DNA from: Pyrinomonadaceae bacterium
GTDB taxonomy: Bacteria; Acidobacteriota; Blastocatellia; Pyrinomonadales; Pyrinomonadaceae
NCBI GenBank assembly: GCA_025923035.1
Contig: JAICGQ010000001.1
Span: forward strand, 1-53,764
Direction of reading: 5' to 3'
Length of the DNA: 53,764 bases
Positions 28,301-35,658 of the stretch are shown here, piece by piece (the stretch's first letter is position 1; each line of letters starts with the position of its first letter). The notes beneath the pieces are model-generated. The model was given only the letters and a program-made list of their open reading frames with translations, was not told the origin of the DNA and made no database searches. Both the position numbers and the translations under genes were made by a program.

Positions 28301-28653
28301 CGCTCGGCCTTGACGGTGTAAATGCCCGGCGGCAGTAACGGCACGACAAACTCGCCTTCTCGATTTGTGATCGCGGATCGTTGGAAGCCCTGCGCGATGC
28401 TGATCACGGCGACGTTGGCGCCCGGCACGACCGCGTCGTTTTGATCCGTAACCGTACCGCTAAGCGTAGCGGTCGCGCCTTGTCCATAAACAGTGATCGA
28501 TACCGATTGAAATGCGACGAAGAGGAGGAGAACTAAAACGCCGGTGAGCAGACGCAGAGCGGAGCATGGCGAGGTAAGTACCGGCGTTTCGTCATTTGTT
28601 TCGTGATAACGAGGACAGAAGGCAGACGAGCAGACTTCTGGGGTTCTGGGCAT
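25312..28653 (-). CDS. TonB-dependent receptor with carboxypeptidase-regulatory-like N-terminal domain
   Basis: LSGTVTDQNDAVVPGANVAV...YTVKAEREGF N-domain and a 1113-aa barrel. The C-terminus is ...MQFALKLMF. The gene lies 14 nt upstream of the S9 peptidase start. Confidence 0.9.
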   Translation of the reverse strand: MPRTPEVCSSAFCPRYHETNDETPVLTSPCSALRLLTGVLVLLLFVAFQSVSITVYGQGATATLSGTVTDQNDAVVPGANVAVISIAQGFQRSAITNREGEFVVPLLPPGIYTVKAEREGFTTAEVPDVVLNVNDQVKINIALKVGSLSSSSVDVLSTPPLLDQSPAVGTIVDQQFVGNLPLNGRSFQSLITLSPGVVLTKTSVTDQGQFSVNGQRANANYFTVDGVSANIGIIPAGNIGQSSTGSLPGFSVSGGTSNLVSVDAVQEFKILTSTFAPEFGRTPGAQVTIASRSGTNSYNGTLFEYLRNDVLDATDWFVNANPGLRKAALRQNNYGGVFGGPLLLPGLGEGTRPVWYDGHDRTFFFFSYEALRLRQPFFAATDVPSRAARQVASAGVKPILNGYPLPTGPDRVNGLADFVASYSDPSRLDATSLRMDHVLSSKVTAFGRFNYAPSELEQRGANLSPLNNVNVVGSKTLTLTSGVTFIASPAVTADFRYNYSRNRGTSAFLIDGLGGATPPPESALFPAPFSSNDSLLFFLVALGGRNPVLTIGRLNDNLQRQHNVVGNASMSKGNHQFKFGGDYRRMSPYWGSRVYGQTITFLSVLDANGAATPGTAASGITLAASATAADPNSAIFHNISTYFQDTWKLSRQLTLTYGVRWEINPAPKGEKELISGTGLDNPATFAIAPLGTPLYETTYGNFGPRIGIAYHLREHTNSATVIRGGWGIFYDLGSGFLGNAFTSFPYSRSRGSSLTPYPLNAAAATPPPFSLDQPFTSTIFVADPHLKLPRTYQWNVTVDQSLGASQVASVAYVAAKGRELLRMERYFNPNPKFQIVDVSRNAATSDYNSLQLQFRRRLSRGFQALVSYTFSESLDNVSSDAAFLTPSDKLDPQIDRGPSDFDIRHQFSAALTYNIPAPAFGGVGRELLKDWSVDTIFTGRSAGPVNIVYSRNIGFGTFSFRPDLIEGIPLYLEDPKAPGGMRFNNQTVTIPGNPRPQVGPFLAPVENRQGNLPRNFLRGFPVYQLDLAFRRDFRLKDRLRLQFRTEAFNIFNHPNFADPVGTVYSGNSLNTAFGFSQTMFGRSLGSGGATGGFNPLYQIGGPRSMQFALKLMF

Positions 28654-28822
28654 CGCGAGTTTCTCCTGTGGTCAAGACGCTTCCGGGCAGAGCGTGTTTG
28701 AGATTCGCTTTCGTCTGTCCCGGAATCCGCACTGACGAAAACGCTACTGGGCTCTCCGCAAAACCAATCCTCACTCAACCGGGAGCTTCACAGGGCCAGA
28801 TGCGAACCAAGACTCGCGGCAT

Positions 28823-31800
28823 TCACTTGCCGTAAGTCTCGATTCGCTGGGCCAACCCTGTTGCACTTGCCGACGATCGCCAGAACGACGATTTCAGCTC
28901 CGTGGCAGAACTTCTCGACGAGATCGTGAAAGCGCTTCGCACCGCGTCGTTGTTCGCGAGTGCCAGCTTGTGCAACCTCTCGACCGCCAGCGCCAGATCT
29001 CCGTCGCTTCCGATCACCATACTGTCCATAACTTCCGATTCCGCGCCGGCGAAAAAGATCGGCTGCAGTTCGCGGCGCAACAATGCCGTCTCGCGTTCAA
29101 AGGCTGCCGCCTGCTCGCGCACCATTGCCAGCCACTTTGCGCGTGCATCCGGCGCAACGGTGCGCATGTCGACATTCGCAAACCTGTTGATGAGCTGCTT
29201 TAAAGCGATGGCGTGAAAAAGCGCGTCGTAAGCACGCTTCACTACGCGTGAAGAGAACAACCGCACGGCCTCGTCTACATCACCGCCGGACGTTGAACTG
29301 TTTCTCGATAAGTAGTAGCGCAGCTCGCGGTCTACGGCGACAGTGCTCGCCGTCGCTTCTGATGGATGTATCGAGATCGCACCGGGCTTCGCGGCGCGTT
29401 GTAGCGCCTCGTCCACCGTGCGGACGTCGATCGTCACCGCCGGGTTCTGGCTCACCGGCGCCAGCGCGCGCAGCAGCTCATTCTTTCGTTGCTCGGTCTC
29501 AACAATCCCCTCAACGCGCAACGACCCACCTGCGTTGCGCGTGAGGGCAACTTGCTCATTCCGGTCGGCCTTCGCCTGATTGAGCAAGTAAGCTACGTCG
29601 ACTTCCAGCTCGGCCGAGGCTACGGCTGGGGTCGACGCGCTCGTCAGCGGAAGGACACGGCTAGAGGTGAGGTCCCGGTGCGCCCAGTCGCCGGTCCTGC
29701 TCGTTGGTCTTGCCCCTCCTGTCAGTTCCGGTTCCACCTCAAACACGGCTTTGTTCACAGCCTTGCTGGGCACGAGCTCGAAGCTCGCCTCGGCGAACCG
29801 GTATTCACGCAAGTCTCCGCCGCGCTGGACCAGCAACGTCTGCTCGATCGGACGCAGATCAGACTGGTTCAAGGTGAGCGTGGCTTTCAGCAGACGACTG
29901 GCCCCAATCGCCCGCTCTTTTTCATAAGTCAGAACGTAACTCGTCGACCGGCGCTCGACCATCACCGCCGATGGTTCGGCAATCAGACTGGCGAAAACTC
30001 GCGCAGACGGATCGAGCAGCCACACGTTGTCCAAAGAGACCAACAGATCCGCGGGGTCCGCGGGCGCGACTTGCGGTTGTGGCTTGGCGCCGTGGTGATA
30101 AACGACGCGCGCGCCATCCGCCTTTTGCCATGTGCCGGCGACGAGATGGTTTGTTTCATCGTAGAGTCTCTGCGCGCGATCGCCCGTGGCATGGTTCTGC
30201 CAGATCTCGATCCGTCGTCGCGACACAACTGCTCCTTCCGGCGAACGACGCTCTTCCAGATTGATCAGGCGATGACTGGCGCGATCGCTTGGCTGGGCAA
30301 CTGTCTGCTCGGCCACCGCTGCACGTTCCAACAAAATCCCGGCCGTCATTGCGGGCTCAGACCGGTTGTTCCAAATCAGAAAACCGGCAAGCAACAGCGC
30401 GACAACCATGACGGCCACAAAACCAGGCCGCGTCCATATCCGACGCCGATCGAATGGTCCTGACAACAGCGAGAGACCCGCACCAACCGTCGTGTCGCTT
30501 TCCGCTGTATCAACCGCGCGAGTCCGCTTGAATCCAGGCCAAAGTTTTTTGGTCCATGACCGGAGAAGATCGACCGCACGATGAGTCGTCACCGTTGACT
30601 CAACCGTTTCGTCGACGGTCTGGACCAAAGCAAGGGGTGAGGACAAGCCGCTGGCGTTGATCATTTCTTCGTCAGAAATCTCTACGGGCAAAGGATCCTT
30701 ATAAATAACCCGAAGACTCGATCCGTTCAGTCGCAAAAATGCCGCCAATGTGCGGCCCTCGCTCAATGCGATCCAGGCCCACTGTTCGGATTCAGATCCC
30801 TTGCCACTGCTGAAGAAAAGCAGTTGCACGCCTTGCTCGCTGGTTATCTCGATAAACTCAACCGGCTCGTCCGGGTTCAGGTTGAGATCCACTTCCGTCC
30901 GTTCCGAAGAGACCGGCAACGAACTCAACGGCAAACCGTTTACGGCGATGCGCAACTCCTGCGGTTTGTGTTCGCTGATCGCTCGCAGGTGACGTCCGAG
31001 CTTCTTGCGCACATCCACCGGGCCGCCGCCCGACGCACCGCCGCCGCTGCCGCTGAAAGGTGGTTCATCACTGTCAGAGGAATCAGACGACACTTCCGTC
31101 TGACCACGCTGCGCGAGCAGCGGCAGACCCAACACGCTGTTCACTGCATCCAGACACGATCGACAACTGACGATATGAGCGAGTGTCGGCGTGGTCAGGC
31201 AGTCCGTATTGCCGAACGAGTAAATCCCGTGCAGTTGATGCGGAGTCAGACATGGTCCCTTACAGGAAAGAAAGATCATCTGCCGCAACTCACTCAACGG
31301 TTCGCCGCTCGAACCAAAACTCCTAATCGCGGCGCGTTCAGCAAGGCGTCTCGCATCGACGAAACGCAAACGTCCAGGCTCGTTCATGAACAACTTCACC
31401 TCACGACGCGCCAGTCGTTGCCACTGGTCCACACAGTGACGCGAGCTGCACAACACGCCGGCGATTTCGGTCGGGAAGTAATCATGAAAGAACCGCAGTA
31501 TAAGGACGCTGCCGGCGCGCGAGGATTCCTTGCGCGCGCAGGCGTACGAGCAGATCTGCTGCAACTCTTCGAAGGCCTGCATGCGGCGCGGGGGTTCAAT
31601 TGCCGTCCAACCCAACGTGAGCGAGTCGAAATCGGCAACCGAGAGCGCCGTGTCCTGCAGGCGTTGCGCTTGGCGACTCATTCGCGAGGTATGCATGTAG
31701 CGCAACATTCGTCTCAGGTATCCGTCGATGTTCTCAATCTGTTCCAGACCGGTGCGCCCGAGCATGAATTGGACAAACGCATCCTGCACCAGATCTTCGG

Positions 31801-31921
31801 CGGCCTCGTGATTCTGGTTGGTCAGGCGCAGGGCCCACGCGAGCAAACTTTCGTATCGCTCGGTGAACAACTGCTCTCGTCTATCTTCTGGTCGTATCGC
31901 CGCTCGGCGCTGATCCAGCAT
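28823..31921 (-). CDS. single-polypeptide ECF sigma factor / transmembrane anti-sigma-like protein (1032 aa)
   Basis: Sigma region 2 (EDLVQDAFVQFML) and region 4 HTH (VLILRFFHDYFPTEIAGVLCSSRHCVDQW). These are followed by a Cys/His patch (HIVSCRSCLDAV), a Gly-rich linker, one TM helix (GFVAVMVVALLLAGFLIW) and an extracytoplasmic domain of about 500 aa. Confidence 0.7.
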   Translation of the reverse strand: MLDQRRAAIRPEDRREQLFTERYESLLAWALRLTNQNHEAAEDLVQDAFVQFMLGRTGLEQIENIDGYLRRMLRYMHTSRMSRQAQRLQDTALSVADFDSLTLGWTAIEPPRRMQAFEELQQICSYACARKESSRAGSVLILRFFHDYFPTEIAGVLCSSRHCVDQWQRLARREVKLFMNEPGRLRFVDARRLAERAAIRSFGSSGEPLSELRQMIFLSCKGPCLTPHQLHGIYSFGNTDCLTTPTLAHIVSCRSCLDAVNSVLGLPLLAQRGQTEVSSDSSDSDEPPFSGSGGGASGGGPVDVRKKLGRHLRAISEHKPQELRIAVNGLPLSSLPVSSERTEVDLNLNPDEPVEFIEITSEQGVQLLFFSSGKGSESEQWAWIALSEGRTLAAFLRLNGSSLRVIYKDPLPVEISDEEMINASGLSSPLALVQTVDETVESTVTTHRAVDLLRSWTKKLWPGFKRTRAVDTAESDTTVGAGLSLLSGPFDRRRIWTRPGFVAVMVVALLLAGFLIWNNRSEPAMTAGILLERAAVAEQTVAQPSDRASHRLINLEERRSPEGAVVSRRRIEIWQNHATGDRAQRLYDETNHLVAGTWQKADGARVVYHHGAKPQPQVAPADPADLLVSLDNVWLLDPSARVFASLIAEPSAVMVERRSTSYVLTYEKERAIGASRLLKATLTLNQSDLRPIEQTLLVQRGGDLREYRFAEASFELVPSKAVNKAVFEVEPELTGGARPTSRTGDWAHRDLTSSRVLPLTSASTPAVASAELEVDVAYLLNQAKADRNEQVALTRNAGGSLRVEGIVETEQRKNELLRALAPVSQNPAVTIDVRTVDEALQRAAKPGAISIHPSEATASTVAVDRELRYYLSRNSSTSGGDVDEAVRLFSSRVVKRAYDALFHAIALKQLINRFANVDMRTVAPDARAKWLAMVREQAAAFERETALLRRELQPIFFAGAESEVMDSMVIGSDGDLALAVERLHKLALANNDAVRSAFTISSRSSATELKSSFWRSSASATGLAQRIETYGK

Positions 31922-32575
31922 TCGTGTTCTGGGCTTTCTGGATTAGTCCGTCAGGGCTACTGGACTGGAACCCGTTTTTGTTCTCAACCGTTACGTCGAC
32001 TGTGTAGCTTCCGAAAGAGCGAGTGAAAGTTACATGTCACTTACAATGTGTGGTTTGGGGGGCCGGATCTCAAAAATTATTTTGTGGGTAACATGAACAG
32101 GTGCAAGGATTTACGTGAGATGCGGACACACCAACGCCCTCGGAATCGCTGCCTCAAAAAATCAGTGCGCCCCGACGGATATCACACCAACTTTTAGGTG
32201 AAAAGAACGGCATCAGAAGCCGGGCGAGTGACAACTTCTTTCGGTGGTCTAGGCCACTGGTCTCGTTCTTTTCAGCCGCGATCACCTCACACCGAGACGT
32301 CAAGCATCCCGAGTGATCGCATAGACTACCTAAGCGTTCGCTAATACTTCCGGTGGACCACAATCCACCTTTGCCAGCAATGCTATACCCAACAGAGTAT
32401 AGCGTGCAAGGATAAACTTTTGAGGGCTTTTAAGAATGAACGGCGAGACCCGACAACGACCCCACGTGAATCCGGCCGATTTGGCGGCGCACATTATCGC
32501 AGCCACTTATCCCTGTCAAGGCAGAACTCAGCCAGGCGTGTTAGAATTCACCAGCACCCAACCGGACCTCAAGCC

Positions 32576-33052
32576 ATGGCGAAGATCGATCTGAGAGAAC
32601 TAGTCTTTCTGCTGCGCGACAGGGAGAGCCCTACGCATAGACTCCTGAGCGCGTGGGCGAGTGTGCCGATGTTGTTGATGCTCGAGGAGGATTGGGAAAA
32701 GGGCCCACTGGTGATGGTTGGGTTTTCAGACCGGATGATGTGGCCGCTGCTTCCGCCCGGCACTTTGCTCCGACTGAATTCGCAGGCGCGAAAGATCGAG
32801 GATGGTCCGTGGCTGGAGTTTGAGCGTCCCATCTACCTGATCGAATGCAGAGACAGGTTCTACTGTTGTCACGCGCAGCGAAGAGGCGACACGTTGCGTT
32901 TGATCTCGCATCTCGAGTCGCCTGCTCCGCCGTCGATTACTGTTCCTATCAAAGAAGCGCGCGTACGTGGTCAACTCAAACCGGTATTCCGGCCATTGCC
33001 GACGCGCGGCACGCCCGCCGGCCGTCTACAACGCACCAATCAGACCAACTAA
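32576..33052 (+). CDS. stand-alone degenerate LexA/S24-like domain protein (no HTH)
   Basis: From MAKIDL. The VGFSDRMMWPLLPPGTLLRLN...ERPIYLIEC...RVRGQL segment is colinear with the C-terminal domain of 14998..15765, with Arg at the Ser-nucleophile position. The upstream part of the listed ORF (from 32420) is Arg-rich and unlikely to be coding. Confidence 0.5.
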   Translation: MAKIDLRELVFLLRDRESPTHRLLSAWASVPMLLMLEEDWEKGPLVMVGFSDRMMWPLLPPGTLLRLNSQARKIEDGPWLEFERPIYLIECRDRFYCCHAQRRGDTLRLISHLESPAPPSITVPIKEARVRGQLKPVFRPLPTRGTPAGRLQRTNQTN

Positions 33053-33056
33053 GAGA

Positions 33057-33668
33057 CTAGCGCCACGAGTACGTCGGCACTCTTGCTGCTCGTACGCCAT
33101 AGATCTCTTCAAACTTGCGCCACGTCTTGATCGTCGTCAACGAACGCGACGGCGCGTACCCCAGCCGTTCCGCTTTGATCGCCAGTCCGGCATAACTCAG
33201 TGTGGTCCTGGTCTTCTGTTTCAAGCGCACGAGCGTGCGCGGCAGACATTGATTCCTGCCGATGCGCATCAATCTCATCTGCGTCATGAAATCCTTGTCG
33301 GGGAATAGTAACTCCGCCGCAAAGATCTCGGCTCCGATCTCGAGCGTTTTACCGAGGTTCGACTGATCGCAATATGAGATGCCCAGGTGTCGATCGCGAT
33401 AGAAATGTTTCAACTCATGCGCCATCGTAAACACTTTCGGATCCTGCGGCAGACCGCTCGCGAGCATCACCGTCGTTCCGAGCTCATCGCAGATAAACGC
33501 GCCGCGGAGATTCCGCAGGCGATAGGGCCAGTCGTCGATCACGATTCCATTCTTTTCATAAATGCGGCGCAGGTCACTTTCGACGACGCGCGGCGACTGC
33601 AAACCGAATTCGGCGCGTACTTGCCGGGCAAGTTGTTTTAGATCTTCGTAATAAGCTTGTTGGTTCAC
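33057..33668 (-). CDS. ImmA/IrrE family metallo-endopeptidase
   Basis: HEXXH motif in MAHELKHFYRD. Size and 4-nt overlap with the upstream XRE gene are typical of XRE-COG2856 pairs. Confidence 0.8.
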   Translation of the reverse strand: MNQQAYYEDLKQLARQVRAEFGLQSPRVVESDLRRIYEKNGIVIDDWPYRLRNLRGAFICDELGTTVMLASGLPQDPKVFTMAHELKHFYRDRHLGISYCDQSNLGKTLEIGAEIFAAELLFPDKDFMTQMRLMRIGRNQCLPRTLVRLKQKTRTTLSYAGLAIKAERLGYAPSRSLTTIKTWRKFEEIYGVRAARVPTYSWR

Positions 33669-34057
33669 TTGTGTTTGCCTCCTTTCCTTCCGGCGCGTGG
33701 TCGAGTTTTTCCTTGATAGATCCCGCGCGCCTTTCGGAACTCGGCGTACTTTCTCAACTCTTCCACATCGGAAGGATGCAGTTGTCTGGCTGTGCGCAGT
33801 AGTGCTTTGAGGTTTTCGTCTTCATCGTCGTCGATCATGTCTTCAGGGAAGAACGACATCATCGAGACGCCGAAGAAGCGTGAGATTCTTTCGAGGTCTT
33901 TGAGACTGGGCCGGTACGTTCCAGTTTCCCATCTGGAGATGGTATTCGACGCGACTTTCAGATGCGCGGCAAGTGCTTCCTGGGAGAGTCCTTCGCCGCT
34001 GTTGTAGTTAACGCGCAGATCTTTAATTCGTGCTGCGACGTGGTCGAGCAGGTCCAT
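33665..34057 (-). CDS. XRE-family HTH transcriptional regulator
   Basis: LSQEALAAHLKVASNTISRWETGTYRPSLKDLERISRFFGVS is a canonical Cro/C1-type HTH. Confidence 0.85.
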   Translation of the reverse strand: MDLLDHVAARIKDLRVNYNSGEGLSQEALAAHLKVASNTISRWETGTYRPSLKDLERISRFFGVSMMSFFPEDMIDDDEDENLKALLRTARQLHPSDVEELRKYAEFRKARGIYQGKTRPRAGRKGGKHK

Positions 34058-34108
34058 TGCGGTTCCTCTTTTCTCATCCTGAATGAGGACGACATTTAAC
34101 TAATATCG

Positions 34109-34137
34109 TTGACAAGGAGAGAAGGCCTGCGTATTAT
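34109..34137 (+). promoter_or_regulatory. sigma-70-type promoter (TTGACA-17 nt-TATTAT)
   Basis: Consensus -35 element and near-consensus -10 element with 17-nt spacing, in the divergent intergenic region about 115 nt upstream of the 34253 ORF. Confidence 0.5.
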
Positions 34138-34252
34138 ACGCGAGCAGCAAATTAATTCAATCGGTTTCGATCAAAGGGTGGCCCGGAAACAATTCTCATC
34201 GTTGTGGTGAGACGTGGCTCTAAACGATTTAACTTAGACCAGTACCTCACAA

Positions 34253-34594
34253 ATGAATAATCCGTTCTACCGAAAACGCACCTTTCTCGCATCCGTTTCA
34301 ACCGGTCATACGTCTTACATACTCACGGAAGTCGAATCCAGTCGTGGTGGTGAGTACAAGTGGGGCACTTGCATGGTGACGATCGCTGATTGTCGCCGGC
34401 GGATACAACTCGAATTCTTTCTCGGCACCGTACGCGCGCGGCGCGAGAGTTTACGAAAACTCGACCTGCTGCTGAAAGTGCTCAGCTCGTTTCGCAAAGT
34501 GCTGCTCGCCGAGGCGCAGTTGATCAGCGAGTACGAACGAGCCGAGCGGCGCGGCAAAACGGTCAACAAACCAAAACAAGACAACAAGGATTAA
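34253..34594 (+). CDS. hypothetical protein (113 aa)
   Basis: ATG ORF downstream of the consensus promoter, with a helical basic C-terminus. No family recognised. Confidence 0.45.
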   Translation: MNNPFYRKRTFLASVSTGHTSYILTEVESSRGGEYKWGTCMVTIADCRRRIQLEFFLGTVRARRESLRKLDLLLKVLSSFRKVLLAEAQLISEYERAERRGKTVNKPKQDNKD

Positions 34595-34744
34595 GCGAAA
34601 TCTCGCAGCCGCCGTGGTGTAACCAAACCCACCCCCACGGTGTCTTATAGATAGGTCGGGCTCTCCCTCGAAAACGCGGGAGTTGCCCGGCCGAGTTTTT
34701 CTGTAATGACACGTGTCACGCACGTGCAAGTTCAAGGAGGTTGA

Positions 34745-35218
34745 ATGAAAGGAAAGTACATGCGAAGGATCGGCGGCATCGTTCTCGGTGCGGTCATGCT
34801 GTTTGGTGTCATGCTCGCTACGGCGGCCGATACCCAGGCACAGAGCCGCCGTCGACGAGTGGTGATCGTTCGCCCTAACCCCTATCGCATCTACCGTCCG
34901 TTTGGTTGGTGGAACTACGGGTACCCATGGGGATACGACCGGTTTGGTTACGATCCATGGTCACCATATGGCTTCCGCTATCGCCAGTACGTCTTCGACA
35001 ACAGCGAGGAAGCTGTTGAGAAGGGCTACGAACGTGGCTTCAAGACTGGCAAAGACGATGGTAAGAAGGCGAAGAGCTACAGTCCTCAACGTTCGGACTA
35101 CTTCAAGGACGCCGGGTTCGGCAACTTTGCAGAGTATTACCGCAACGGCTTCTCGCGAGGTTATGGCGAGGGGTACAAAGTAGGGGCTGATGAACGCGCC
35201 CGCAAGAACGCTGGATAA
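34745..35218 (+). CDS. secreted/anchored hypothetical protein rich in aromatic-Gly repeats
   Basis: AAGGAGG RBS. Signal/TM segment IGGIVLGAVMLFGVMLATAADTQA. W/Y/G/R-rich repeats (WWNYGYPWGYDRFGYDPW). Confidence 0.65.
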   Translation: MKGKYMRRIGGIVLGAVMLFGVMLATAADTQAQSRRRRVVIVRPNPYRIYRPFGWWNYGYPWGYDRFGYDPWSPYGFRYRQYVFDNSEEAVEKGYERGFKTGKDDGKKAKSYSPQRSDYFKDAGFGNFAEYYRNGFSRGYGEGYKVGADERARKNAG

Positions 35219-35238
35219 CAATTTAATCGTCAATAAAC

Positions 35239-35270
35239 AAATGCCGCGGCAGAAACGTCGCGGCATTTTT
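35239..35270. terminator. rho-independent terminator hairpin
   Basis: AAATGCCGCG-10 nt-CGCGGCATTT followed by TTGTTT, located between convergent genes. Confidence 0.65.
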
Positions 35271-35289
35271 GTTTACTTCCCGTTTCCCG

Positions 35290-35649
35290 CTATGTTTTCG
35301 GTAAGCCTTCGATCGCTCTCACCGGTCGAACTTCAACCGTCCCGATACGCGCGCTGGGAAGCCGGCCCGCAATCTCGACTGCTTCTTCCATGCTCCTGGC
35401 TTCGACCATGAAATAACCGCCGATCTGTTCACGCGTCTCCGCAAACGGACCATCGGTAACGAGTCTCTTGCCGTCGCGCACCGTGACGCTGATCGTCTCT
35501 GAACTCGGATGCAGCGGCGACGCGTCGATGTACTGCCCGTTCTTATTCAGCTCGTGACAATACTGAATCGACTCGTTCAGCAACTGCACACGATAACCTT
35601 CCTCGATCTCGCTCTCATCAACGTGATGAATCAACAGCAGATATTTCAT
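35290..35649 (-). CDS. YCII-related domain protein
   Basis: MKYLLLIHH... opening and the VTDGPFAETREQIGGYFMVEA motif. Confidence 0.8.
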   Translation of the reverse strand: MKYLLLIHHVDESEIEEGYRVQLLNESIQYCHELNKNGQYIDASPLHPSSETISVTVRDGKRLVTDGPFAETREQIGGYFMVEARSMEEAVEIAGRLPSARIGTVEVRPVRAIEGLPKT

Positions 35650-35658
35650 TCGTCGTTC

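Noticed and set aside
32154-32363. A 69-aa minus-strand ORF inside the long intergenic gap.
   Set aside because: No RBS and no recognisable family. It is isolated in a low-GC region, and the evidence is insufficient to call it a gene.
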